Source of the DNA: Octopus bimaculoides
Lineage: Eukaryota
Assembly (NCBI RefSeq): GCF_001194135.2
Contig: NC_068981.1
Span: 36,867,101 to 36,916,834 of the forward strand
DNA length: 49,734 bases
Reading direction: 5' to 3'
Within the stretch, counting starts at the first letter, position 1, and every line of letters begins with the position of its first letter. This document shows positions 25,902 through 38,905 of the stretch, piece after piece. The position numbers were made by a program, and so were the translations under genes. Under the pieces are notes generated by a model. It was not told the DNA's origin, did no database searches, and saw only the letters and a program-made list of their open reading frames with translations.

Positions 25902-27999
25902 CTGGTTGATTGACATGGCGGTCGGTGAAGAGAAGTAGATAGATAGGTGGGGTTGGATAGATACTGGTAGATATGTTCAATGAAAGATAGATCGCTATAT
26001 AAATATATAGACAGACAAATATGTACGTAGGAAGACATTCATACAGTCAGATACATTAGATGCATAAATATCGTTAGAAAGAAAGTTTGACAGTAGCTAG
26101 AAAGAGAGATGATAAGGTACATAAATATATAAACAGATAGACATAAAAAGCAGGTAGATATAAAGATAGACAGACGAATGTTATGGTTTTCAGTCTGTAA
26201 TAAGGTAGAACAAAAGCAAATACATGTCTATAAAATTAGGTAGTGGTAATTGATTGAGTATAAGGGCAAATGTATGAAAGCTACACAGCTGTACAAAGAA
26301 AACAAGGTTAGTATTAGACAATGAAAAAAGAAATAGTTCTTGTTTTCCAGAATATTCTTATTAAGAAAGAAAATATAAATAACATAGAATACAGTTTAAC
26401 TTAGATTAACATTGAACAAAATAATATTGAATAAAATGTTGTTACTGTTTGGAAATATATAGAATGTAAAAAGATAACAAATTAAGATTATGTAAAAAAA
26501 ATTGACTTTTAAAACTATTTGCAAAAAGAAAACAGACTTTTAAAAATGCTAATTTAGAAGTCAGAGCAACTGAGTATCTCTATTTGACCTCCAACTTTAA
26601 TCTGTAATTTAGTGACACCTTTTTAATTGTAACTAGATATCACAACCTAATTTTAAGGATGAAGATTTAATTCTATTTCCAATGATAAGCATACTTTTGA
26701 TATGTTACATTTTACAGCAGACTCATTAGAGTATTGAACAAAATATCTTGTATTATTTGTTCTGGCTTTATATATTCCAAGTTCAGATCCTGCTTAGTTG
26801 AACTTTGCTAACTGTTCCTTTAGGATTTAATAAATTAATGTACTTGTCAAATACTGGGCTGATGAAATTGATTGTTCCCTACCTAGAAATGTTTGGCCTT
26901 GTACTTATGTAAGAATTATCACCATAACACTTGAAACAACTGGCATAGTTAATTTAGCAGACTATCCTTTAATGTATATTTAAAAGCTGGTCTACTACAT
27001 CTAAATCAATTTGATTCCACTTCATATTTTGAGAAAAGTGAGTTTTGGAAGTTGAGCACTTCTTGACATGTTTGTATATTCTGTAGCAATATGGCAGTCT
27101 ATATCTAAACTACCATTAACAAAACAATGAGTGGGAAAAAATATCCAGCAATGCCTGCTGCATAATACATTAAGAACATTAACAAACATGAGGGAGCCTT
27201 TATTTGGTCACTCAGCTTGCCATAAAATGCAAAATCTCTTTCCCATTACACCCTGTCATCTTACTAAAAAGAACAAACTAATATATTCCTGGATACATTG
27301 TTTCCAAGGAAAAGACAGGATGGTCATGTTTAAAATGGTTTTGATTATAGGTTTATTTGATCATAATTTATATTAAACTAAATAACAACAAGGACAACAA
27401 TTTTATCAAAGATTTCAAAAAAATTAATCAGTGGCAAGAGGCAGTTTGACTAATGCTGCTTGATGGTCAGCTTCAGCATTCATAAGCTGACATCTGCTGG
27501 AAAAAATTGAGCAGGTCATGAACTGTAGATGGTTGTTGGTATATGAAGTAAGGATAGAGGCAATGTGTTTTACATAGATGCTTAACAGATATGACAAAAG
27601 AGGACGATTAGTGGAGAGGTGGGGGACTGCAATGGGTGAGTATTGATAGTGTCTGTAAGCAGCTAACAAGTTCTTAGAAGGTATTATGTGTAACTGTAGA
27701 AGAAAATAAAAGTAATAGTACACAACCTTTGGGATAGTGATTCTTGTATGCTAAATTATGAATCTTTTCTGTATATCAAATGCTTATTTTTTGGATGCTG
27801 TCAATAATGTAAATGTATGTAGTTGCTGCACTGTCCCATATATGCAGATAGTGACTACATAAAAGATCAGCAAATGATGGAGAATGACATAAAACCATAC
27901 TCTGAAGTAGAAAATACCTAGTTTTTTTAATGCAATTTTGACATTTATAGATGTGTGGTCATTATAATAGATTATCAGAGGTTGTGACACCTAATACTT

Positions 28000-29280
28000 G
28001 GAGCCATTTTCAAGATTTTATACATTGTTAGTGAGTTAAGAAGTGTAGTTTTGCAAAATCATTTCCAGGATTGGTGTAGTGATAGTTTTTGGTGCTGTTA
28101 AAAGAGACAAGATTGCTATATTCCCATGAGCAGATTTTTTCAGGTCTCGCTTCATAAAAGCCTTGTAGATATGATAGAAATATATTTTAGCTTGTAAATA
28201 ATGATTGTTAATGGAGTGTTATGGAACAGTGGAAAGAAAACATTATCTGTATGAAAATATGTACTATTAGAAGCAACGGGGGAAGTTGTTATTGGAAAGA
28301 TGAAAGATAAGGTAGACATAACAAAATACAAATGCACACAAAAGTTGATTGAATAAGGGATAGATAGCCCTGTTAATGTGTAAAAAATGGAGTTGTCTGA
28401 CAGGAAATTCTGACACTAGAGATAGAATCAATATGCTGCTATGTTAGACAGACAGGATGAAAAGTCTTGCTGATCTCATGATCTTGGGAGCAGCAATATC
28501 CTTTTTGAAGATTATGCAGTTGAGAGACAACTGCTGCTGCTGTTGCTGCTGCTGCTGCTTCTACTACTACTACTGCTACTACAATTGCTGGCTGTGACAT
28601 ATGAAAACACATCTCTAATGAGTTTGACTTTAAGGAAACTGTGCTTATGGCTGCTGAGAAGAGAAAAGATGTTCATGGTTATAAAGAAGGTGAGATGCTG
28701 GAAGTGTGGTTGATAGTTCAGAAGGTAACCAGAGAAGTTGTCATTTTTGGAGATGGAATAATAATAATGTATATTAAAAAGCAAATACGAATAGAGAAAT
28801 ATTGAATATTAAGGCAGAACATTGTCACTATTTTATGTTTTATGCACTTTTCTTATTGTCATTCATTTACTTGTGTTATTTCGCATGTATTTTACCAAGG
28901 TAGGCTACCATAATTTGGATGTGACAGTACAAGGGTAGAATACAAATTTTGAATGCATTTACAGGATATGTTCTTCTGCCTTCTTTTAAATCAAAGATAA
29001 CTTTTGAAATGTATAGGTTGATTAGATTAACATGCTGCGTCTATTTAATTTTGTCATATATTTTTTACACATAAGAAAGGATATATAATATTATATTCTG
29101 CTTTTCTTTTTATTTTTCTATTATTTATATTCACTGAGTGAGCTGTGATATCAATGGCTTTTGTACCTGAGCCAAGTAAGGATTTTTCTTATTTTATTTT
29201 AGTGTTTAAGGCTAGTTTATCTGAATTAAGCCATTCTGATATATTGATTAGTTCACTGTTTAGTTTCTGAAAGTGTTGAT
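28000..29280 (-). mobile_element. Probable ancient CR1/L2-group LINE remnant, fragmented by microsatellites
   Basis: Ordered minus-strand blocks: QKLNSELINISEWLNSDKLALNTK (29195-29270; resembles LNxEL.xISxWLxxNKLxLN), then SGYLLNYQPHFQHL (~28700), then FFPLFHNTPLTIIIYKL (~28230). The last two similarities are weak. Confidence 0.45.
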
Positions 29281-29399
29281 ATATATATATGTGTGTGTGT
29301 GTATATATGTGTGTGAGCGCATGTGTGTGTATGTGTGTGTGCATGCGTGTGTGCGTGCGTGCATGTGTGCGTGTGTCTGTGAGTGTGTGTACGTGTGTG

Positions 29400-29438
<39 letters not shown>

Positions 29439-30334
29439 CATTCATACACATATATGTATATATAAATGTATAAATACACATGCATATAAATACATATATT
29501 TATACACACACTCTCACACACATACACACTCACAGACATACATTTATATATATGAGAAAGAGAGTGAGAAAGAAGAAACATTTGGATAAATTGATAAGAA
29601 AAGTATTTAGGTAGCTAGAAACGTAGTTTAAAGGGTATGTTGATAGGTAAGATAGAAGAACAGAGAAATATGCTGCTAGACAGAGAGAGACATATATATT
29701 AGATAGATATTTTGCTTGATAGAAAGTTTAGGAGATAACTTGATTCACCAAGGAGAAAAAAGAGAAAGAGGGAAATGGAGTTAGGAGCAGAACAGAGAGA
29801 ATTTTTATCTATATTTGTGGAAATAAACTTACTTTAAATTAAGTCTGACATGCTCGAAAAACTGCTGCAAGGTCCATTACTGATGCTTAAGGTCATAAAA
29901 CCTAAAATTGTTCCTATCTGAGAGAAACTTTTGCAAGCAATAAAATTCCTTCCTTTCTTAAGTGAAATCCAATACAAAGCAAGTATCAGTAATTGCTATG
30001 TATGTAGATCTAACTTCTGTAATATACACCAGCAATATATTATTATATATCTATTTATTAGGGAAGCTATATCCTTTGCTGGTTGATAATATAACTGGTA
30101 TTTGTGTGATGATGATGAGGAGGAGGAAATGAGTGAAAATGACAATGATGATGATGAGGAGGAGGATGGTGGTGACAATGAAAATAGCAGAGAAGGTAGG
30201 TAACAAAGTCGATGAAAAGGATGATGGTGAAGGCGATGACAGTGAAAGCTGATTTGATGAAATTAATCATGACATCTTATATCTTCTATTATAATTCCAT
30301 TCACATCAAGGATGCATTATAGGAAGTTTAGATC

Positions 30335-30475
30335 AATCCCAATACTTGACTGTTGCATTATCTTATCGACCCCTGAAGGATGAAAGGTAAAGCTGATCTC
30401 AGCAGGATTGAACATAAAGGATCCATAACAAAATGCTGTGAGGCATTTTGTCTGATGCACTATTGATTCTACCAA
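30335..30475 (-). mobile_element. SINE family B, degenerate copy
   Basis: TATCGACCCCTGAAGGATGAAAGGTAAAG is the reverse complement of the family B core. Confidence 0.65.
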
Positions 30476-31444
30476 TCCACCACTGATAATTTTCTTCTTA
30501 TCCTGTCAAACATAGATATATATATGACCTGCATCCTCCAAATCCAATTGATTAGTGATAGAGTGAATATTTGTAAAACATTCCAAAGATTCTTCATTTG
30601 AGTTTCCTGGAATAAACATTTACATGCAATCAGGTGTGCATATGGTATACTCACACATACATAAAGTGTAATGAAACACACACACTCATTTACTTTAGAG
30701 ACATGCACACCTAAACATGAGTGTAAGTATATCCACTCATGCACCTAGATATGTGCACACATTAACTCACTCATTACATTCACAATTCTCGGAACTGTTT
30801 TCACTTCAACAAAATGCATTTTCACTTTGTTAGCAACAAGTTTGAAGTTGTAAAAGAAATTAAATTAATCTCAGTTTATACATCCCTGCCACATATAGAT
30901 ATGTATGAAGGTTGGATATGTGCCAACCCTCCTGGAGCAAATTATGGTTGAATGTGGGTTTATGAGGAGATAATGTAACTCCTTAATTCATATGCTAGAA
31001 ACGACCATGATAACTGGGACAGTAACTATCTGTATGACCTTCTAAAGATATAAATGGTATATTGAGTTCCTTGACTAAAATGTTTGATTTTGAGGTGAGC
31101 TGGACAAAATAACTGGAGCCATCAGAATCTTCTTCATACCCATCAATACAAACTTATGTGACATTTATTGGTCTTTCAAATGTCATTAGGAAACAATGTA
31201 ATCTTGCATCTGTGTTCTATTTGTTGTTTATAACACTGTCTTTCAGTCTTTACGGTGAGGTGGTCATTCAACTCTGGTTCAGTGTTGGTTTCTGTGAGTC
31301 ACAGAGATGGAAGACAATAGCCGAAAAAGCAATACAGCAAAGATTTTGTGTGGTTTACTGTTTGTTGTTAACAAGGGTTTTGTATATCATACATTGATAG
31401 ACATTCAGCAAAATAACAATTTCTTTGTTCTGCAAAATGCTTGC

Positions 31445-31594
31445 ACCAACACCACTGCCGCTGCTGCTGCCACTACCACCATCATCACCACCACCACCAC
31501 CACCACCACCGCCGCCGCCACCGCCGACGCCACCGCCGACGCCACCGCCACCGACGCCACCACCGTCACCATCACCATCATCATCATCATCATC
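31445..31594. repeat. GC-rich compound trinucleotide repeat (GCT/ACC/GCC/GAC/ATC)
   Basis: Directly visible, including repeated GCCACCGCCGAC units. Confidence 0.9.
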
Positions 31595-33496
31595 AATGAA
31601 ATAGTGTTGCTCCACAAGGCAGATATTAATGCATTTCAAGCCAGTTCACTATAAGTGCACATTGATGGCAAACCACTGAAAATAGAACATTCATTAAAGC
31701 AAAAGACATCTGGAGCATATTGCACCTTTAACCTGTAAACAAGTAGATCAACATTTGAACTACTTCACCAAGGTACCACCATTGTCTTTCAGAAAAGCAC
31801 ACTCATATGTAGGCCCATAATTGTATGTAAATGTACGTTCATATACCTATCTAGGCATGTTTCATGTTTCTGTTTGTATTTATGTATAAGTATGTGAGTG
31901 TAATTGGATCTATGTTCCATAAACAGAAATAGAAAATACTGGGGTGTAGGAGAAGAGAAGAGAGAAGTCTATGCGTGAGAAGGAAAAATATTGTGTGTAT
32001 GAGTATATGTATTTATATATGTATATAAAAGAGAGAGAATTAGTAGGCTCTTATGTTGTAGCATTATTTATTTTTCTGATTCCAAGTACTTGAAGAAGAA
32101 ATCAATTTAGTATAGCTGTGAGGAGATGGTTAGTGAATATGAATACATCAGAATAATCCCAACGTTAATCAAAATGATGAAGAAACCTTGCTGAGTCTTT
32201 AAAGGTTTGGTAACTGAGACTGAATAATGTAAAACTTTCAATAGAAACACCTAAATTAGAGTTTCTCTATTATAACTGCCTGAGGATTTAATGTAACAAT
32301 CTTTATAATTCCAGTAGAGTATTGGGAATCTTATTATATAATTTATAATGTTGGCTAGTAATATATTTCTGTGATTTTCTTACCATTTTTCTTTTTCTTT
32401 TTGCTTTGTTGTCTTATATTTGTGAATGAATAGACTGAATAAATATATTGCCAAAGCACACCATGATGTGTGCAATAACCAGTCCTTGAAAAGTGTATCT
32501 GATTTAAATTCTGAGATAGAATTTTCAGTTGATTAAGTGGAAATCTCTGCAACTATTTTTGTGAGAAGCACCTTCATCAAAACTAAGATGACACAAATAT
32601 CTCCATCCATGACACACAACACATAAACCTCCAATATCTTGATTCTGTAAAATAAATAAATGTCAGAATGTATTTAACCATTGAATTAATTTCAATGTCT
32701 TTTTAATCAATCTTTAATATTTAAGAAACATTAAAAATAAAAATCCAATTTTTTATGAATAATTTTTTTCTGTGAAATTATGTTGACTTACTGTAGAAAT
32801 GTAATATTTCTATGAAAAAATTTATCTGTAATTTAGAGGTAGATGCTTTTTCAACTGGTAGCCATTCAGCCATGAAACAGAAATGTTTAGATAACTTGAC
32901 TGAAGTAATGAATTTTCTGAACATTGAATTTTAGCAGAAAAATTAATAGCATCAATTTCATGTTGTTTTTATTATCTCACTGTCTAGAATGGCCAGGAAG
33001 ACTACATAATTTAGCTACCTCCTCTATGGTAAACATGTAAAAATAACTCATGAATTCAAATTTTCTGAGCTATGCCAATAGTGTTATAAGTATGGAAGGC
33101 TAACTGATAGTCCAATTTAAAAGATAATTTTTGTGTTCAAATTTACATTTGATGATCTTCTGAGCTTATATTATTTCACATATAATGCTGTTAAAAGATC
33201 TCGTTTATGTTTAACTAAACCTTAACTTCTAACTAAAACAACTTGAAAATTGTATCCCTGCTATTTAGTAGACATGATATTCCATGTTATTGCATTAACA
33301 ATTTCACAACCTTCTAACATAACTCAATTTTTTTAGATAAACAATAATTAGTATGATCTCTTTATTGCATACCACATATGGCATATATTTCTTTGTTTTT
33401 TTTATTGAATGAAGTGACTAAGTATCAGAGGAAGGGCTCTGACAACTTAGGGTAGGTAGTAAACAAACAAGTTATATAACCTTATATGGGAGACTT

Positions 33497-33628
33497 TGTC
33501 AGTACTTCTGACACACATTGTCAATAATACCAACATATTATCAATAATTCTAAAACACTGTCAATGACTTCAACATACATTGTCAGTAATTCCAACACAT
33601 AAAGTCAATGATTTCAACACAATGTCAA
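33497..33628. repeat. Degenerate ~21-bp minisatellite, ~7 copies
   Basis: Recurring TGTCA(A/G)T(A/G)ATT(C/T)CAACA(C/T)A units. Confidence 0.75.
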
Positions 33629-33719
33629 TTATGTCATTGCCCAACCTTGTTAATTATTTGTTAATTATAACAAAAATAATGTCATTTTCGGGATGTTAAG
33701 ATTCAATTCTTTTACCTGT

Positions 33720-33935
33720 TCCAATTAGTGGACTGTGGCTGTTTGGTCACTACCTTGAAGGTTTTAGCCAATGAAATTGACCTCTGTAATTATCTTTTTA
33801 ATGTCAGGTGCTTATTCTATTGGTCTCTTTTACCAAACTAAGTTCTAAGAATGTAAATAAACTAACACCAACTATCATGTAGTAGTGGGGACAGACAAAA
33901 ACAAAGATACACATGTGGGGACACACACACACTCA

Positions 33936-33970
<35 letters not shown>

Positions 33971-34130
33971 GAAGGGTTTCTTTCAGTTTCCATCTACTAA
34001 ATTCAATCACAAGGCATTGGTCAGCCCTGTGCTATAGTTGAAGATACTTTCCCAAGGTCCAAGGTGCAATGCAGTGGAACTGAACCTGGAATCTTGAGGT
34101 TGTGATGTAAACTTCTTTACCACACTGTTA
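33720..34130 (-). mobile_element. tRNA-derived SINE (family A), near full length
   Basis: Colinear with 23895-24250 and 38480-38905, with an internal (CA)n. Confidence 0.8.
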
Positions 34131-34694
34131 GGCTTGTACCTAATATAACTTTAAATGAAAATATAAAAATAAATTAAATGCACATAATAGCTATCTATAC
34201 TAATCAAAACGGAGCAGAGAAAAGTATGAAGTTATGGCACAAGGCAAAATGTATAAAAGATTTCTTTGAAAGATTTCTGTCTGTGGTTTTAGATATCCTG
34301 AACTGCTGACAAAGAAATTATTTTCCACATTAGCCAGCATAGGTAATCCTCATTTACTTCAGTTGTCCTGTGCTCTGCCTACAAGATACTAGTCTTGCCA
34401 GTTCCTGTTGAATAATAGATTTCAAAGTTTGAACTGTAACTGAAGTAGTTTTCAGAAATACATAACTGAGCACTGAAGGAATTTATGCCCGGAGAACCAA
34501 GTTACATCAGGTTCATACTCAAGAAAAAGTGGGGAAAAATCAATCGCAAATGTCCTTGTAGTTTTGTACCCAATATGTAGTTAGAGAAAATTCAAATTTG
34601 TGCTGATGTACAGAGGCACATATGTACACAACTCCAAATAAAAAGAAGATGACACACTCATTCACACACATGCACAAACACACACACGCACATA

Positions 34695-34747
<53 letters not shown>

Positions 34748-36139
34748 GCACAGACACATGATGCATAGCGAAAATCTCATTATATTCTTTACAATATTTC
34801 AGGAATTACTGATAATTCTTTTCTATTTTTATTATTGTTAGTTTTGATTTGAGTTGATTAAGAACAATTTTAATTCACTTAATGAAAACAAAGAAATAAT
34901 CTCAGAATTTATTCCAATAATTACTTAAAATCCCTCCCATTTTCATTGCAATCTCTTTGTTTTGAATAGAAAAAATATACAAAATCAATCAACAAAAAGA
35001 AATGGCTATTTGCATTAGGCAAATATCTGTGTATATGAATGTGTATATGTATGTGTGTACACATGTGTGTGAAAGAAGAAAAGGAAGAAATATCCTCAGT
35101 GAAAATAGAGACAGCTGCTCATATCTTAATTAAAACAACTTCTTAAGGAGGGTTTTATTGCCCTTCGTTTTTCACTTGTTTCACATCATTGATATCGATT
35201 AGGGACAGATCAAATCTGGCTGCCACCTGGATATCAACTAGAGAGTTACATGATTGGAGATTTTAATCTAATTTCTATCAGCAGAGATTGACTTCAATTC
35301 ATTTAACTTTTCACTGGTAAAGATCAAAAAATTTCAGCAAAATAAAAATCAAAACTGAAGAAAAAAATAAATAAAATAGACAAGAGCAACTAAAATAATG
35401 ACAAGAAAAATAGCAACAGCCACTATTATAACAATATCAACAATAAAATAATAATAATGATGATATTAACGAAAATAACAACAACAACAACAACAATGAG
35501 AAAACAATACAAAACCATTATAATCAAAACCTTGAATCCACTTTAATAAAATTGCAAAATGGTCAATGGTTGAATCAAAATGCAAACATTCAATTTTAGT
35601 AAAAATGCAATTATTCTAATATCTAATGAGTTGTAAATGTTTAGAGACAAACCATATATCTTTGATCTTCAGCTTAAAATGGGAAATATGACTGAGAACT
35701 GAATGAAAATTAATGAGAGGAGGGATCTGGTTATGCACATATGTGTGTGAGTGTAAGTTCATATGGGCAGTGCGTGCATATGTGATTTGGTGTTAATTGG
35801 ATTTCTTCCTTACACTCAAGTTTTCCCATGTGAAGTTCATCACAGTGATGAATAGTTGGAACCATGGATACTAATTGCAGGTTGAATAGACTCAGCATAT
35901 ATTTGTTTTTATGAAGCAAAAATGAACATGGAACACTGTAAATAATATCTTTCTGCTTGTGAAACACACATGCATATACACATATATACATACAAAGGCG
36001 GTGCATCGTCTGTCATTAGTATAAGCATGAGAGCCTTTGTACACCATAGGTCCATTCCATATGAGAGGTCTTCTCATGATAACTGATGCAGTGTACAGTG
36101 TTCTAATACTGCATCCACACTGGGTGGTTGATAAATATA

Positions 36140-36612
36140 TATATCCCATGCTTGAGAAGACTGATCAAGCCAAGTGAAATTGTAGCCATGGTTGATGCCG
36201 GTGTCACATAACTGGCACCCATGCTGGTAACATGTAAAAAGTACCTTTCGAGCATTGGGCCTCATGGAGGCAAGGTGGCTGATGCTGGTGTCATATGAAA
36301 AGTACCTTTGGAGCGTTGGGCCTCATAGAGGCAATGACAAATGATTAAGACCTTTGGTATTATGCGGTGCTTGAGAAGAAAACACATCAAGCCAAGTGAA
36401 ATCATAGTCATGGCAGATACTGGTGTCACACAAATGGCACTTATAGCAGTGGAATGAAAAAGCACCCATTACACTCTCAGAGTGGTTGGTGTTAGGAAGA
36501 GCATCCAGCTGTAGAGGCCATGCCAAATCAGACTAGAGTCTGGTATAGCCTTCCAGTTTGCCAGCCCTAGTCAAACTGTCCAACCCATGCTAGCATGGAC
36601 AGCATATGTTAA
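36140..36612 (+). mobile_element. RTE LINE extreme 3' end with internal duplications
   Basis: GACCTTTGGTATTATGCGGTGCTTGAGAAG (DLWYYAVLEK) resembles the ORF end at ~3620-3657. TCAAGCCAAGTGAAAT and AAAAGTACCTTT.GAGC.TTGGGCCTCAT each occur twice. It ends in the shared tail. Confidence 0.7.
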
Positions 36613-36814
36613 AGGATTGTGTTTACTGTTAGAAGAAAAATATTTGATACAAACCTTTTCATCATTTTCTTGTTTCGTTTTTATTTTGATTGAGTTAGTG
36701 TCCTATCGCCTTGAATGTTGTCTGAGTACGTAAGTTATGAAATTCAAAGTAACAAGAGACTGACTTCATCAATATATATGTATACATATATATATATTTG
36801 TGTGAATGTGTATG

Positions 36815-37600
36815 CATCATCATCATCACCATCATCGTTTAATGTCCATTATCCATGCTAGCATGGGTTGGACAGTTTGACAGGAGCTGGCAGCTGGAGA
36901 GCTGCCTGGGTTCCATTTGTCTGCTTTGGTTTGATTTCTATGGCTGGATGCCCTTCTTAATGCCAATCTCTTTACAGAGTGTGCTGAGTGCTTTTAATGT
37001 GGCACTGGCTTGGGTACTTTTATGCGACACCGGACTGGGTGCTTTTATGTAGCACAAGCATGGGCACTTGCATGTGGCTGCCAAAAGATTTGGTCTCTTG
37101 TCAACTTCTCTGTGAGGACTAACTTCTGAAGATCCTTTGTCACTACTTTGTCCCACATCTTCTTGGGTCTACCCCTTCCACATATTCCCAGCACAGTTAG
37201 AGAAAGGTGCTTCTTAATGCAGCTTTCTTCATCCATATGCATCACATGATCATACCAGTGCAGTCTTCTCTCTTGCACATAACATCTGATACCTCTTATA
37301 CCTAATTTTGCTCTTAAATCATTTACTCTGTTGTACATGCATGCTGACATTATCCATCCAATGGAGCATACTGGCTTCACTTCTTTCAAGCCTTCACATG
37401 TCCTTTGTAGTCATAGCCCATGTTTCACTGCCATGCAGTATAGCTGTATGTACACAGGCATCATACAATCTGCCTTTCACTCTGAGGGAGAGGCCTTTGC
37501 TACCAACAATGGTTGTAGCTCTATAAACTTTGCCCAGCCCATTCTTATTCTAGCAACTATGCTTTTGGAACTTCTTCTAGTCACCTAGGTATCTGAAGCC
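36815..37600 (-). mobile_element. RTE-clade LINE 3' fragment including 3' UTR and (GAT)n tail
   Basis: Minus strand reads VKGRLYDACV...HGSETWA...QERRLHWYDHVMHM...GRGRPKKMWDKVV. It continues into the CCATGCTAGCATGG...GGACATTAAACGATGATG tail. Confidence 0.9.
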
Positions 37601-37794
37601 ATCCATTATTTCTAAGGATCCCACACCCAGGCATTTAAGGAAGTTTATTCTCTGCATATTCTTAGTGTTTGTTGTACCAGCACATCTGATGCACACAAAG
37701 ACTATTTTTCAGTTAATCTTCCTGTGATACTGCTGCACTGGGTACACTGTGTGGTGTTTCTACAAACACCTTTTCTTTATATTAAGCAGGGTCA

Positions 37795-37910
37795 TAGGAA
37801 ACTTGTTTCTCAACCACTTGGTTTTGCATTGCACTTTGGGCAAGTATCCCTTCTGCTATAGCCTTTGGCTGACTGAGGCCTTGTAATTGAATTTCATAGA
37901 CCAAATTTCC
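37795..37910 (-). mobile_element. SINE family A fragment
   Basis: Partial match (CTCAACCACTTGG...GGGCAAGTATCCCTTCTGCTATAGCCTTTGGC). The matching text reads in the + sense of the family consensus, so strand is uncertain. Confidence 0.45.
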
Positions 37911-38479
37911 CACTGTGTGTATACATGTGTGTGAGAAAAAAATATATGTATGTGTGTGTGTGTGTATGCGTGTGTGTGCGTGTGTGTGTGTGTGTGCGTG
38001 CGTATGTGTATGTGTGTGCATGCATGTGTTTGTATATGTATATATATTCAAGGACGCATGGCTTAGTTGGACCTTAGTCTTTGCTAAGTTTATTTTAACA
38101 CCTTAGATTCCAGGTTCAGCCCCTTACATTATTTCTGACCCTGTATGCTTTTATTGGAAGTTTTATATTGTTTTTCTTATTCCAAAGTGTCTGTTTTCTG
38201 TTTAGTTTCATAGTTTCTTAATCAGTTATTTTAAGCATGTATGAGACTCACATCAGATAAAATGCTGTGAAGTATTTATCCTGGCTCCTGTGCTTTGCAT
38301 TTAAATACTGCCATGGTCAACATTATGTTTTGAGTTGCTTCAGGTCAACAAATAAAGTAATCTAGAAACCCATAGAGAGGCATAGTTGTTAGAGTACTGA
38401 ATGAGATATTTTGTAGTATATGTTTATGTTCTCAGTTCCAACACCATCATCATCATCATAGATGTCTATCTTTTACTTG

Positions 38480-38655
38480 GTTCAGTCACTAGACTGTGGT
38501 CATGCTGGGGCATCACCTTGAGGATTTTAGTCAAAGACATTGACTCCAGTACATATTTTCTTTTTAAGCTGGATATTTATTCTGTCAGTCTCTTTCACTG
38601 TACTGCTAGGTTACAGGGATGTAAACATACATCCCTGTCAAGTGGTGGTAGGGGA

Positions 38656-38701
<46 letters not shown>

Positions 38702-38722
38702 CACACAAATACACACACGCGT

Positions 38723-38763
<41 letters not shown>

Positions 38764-38905
38764 CAACTGGCTTCTTTCAGTTTCTGTCAACTAAATCCAT
38801 TCACAAGGTTTTAGTAGAAGACACTCACCCAAGTTGCCATGCAGTGGGACTGAACCCATGTAGTTGGGAAGCAAACTTCTTACTATATAGTCATATCTGC
38901 ATCTA
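38480..38905 (-). mobile_element. tRNA-derived SINE (family A), near full length with expanded internal (CA)n
   Basis: GTGGGACTGAACCCATGTAGTTGGGAAGCAAACTTCTTAC head and GTCATGCTGGGGCATCACCTTGA tail, with about 120 bp of CA repeat inside. Confidence 0.8.

Noticed and set aside
33497-33628. CRISPR-like periodicity
   Set aside because: Units are contiguous with no unique spacers, the context is eukaryotic and there are no cas genes.
34385-34430. P-loop-like peptide YSTGTGKTSIL on the minus strand
   Set aside because: Immediately followed by a stop, with no usable donor and no further NTPase motifs.
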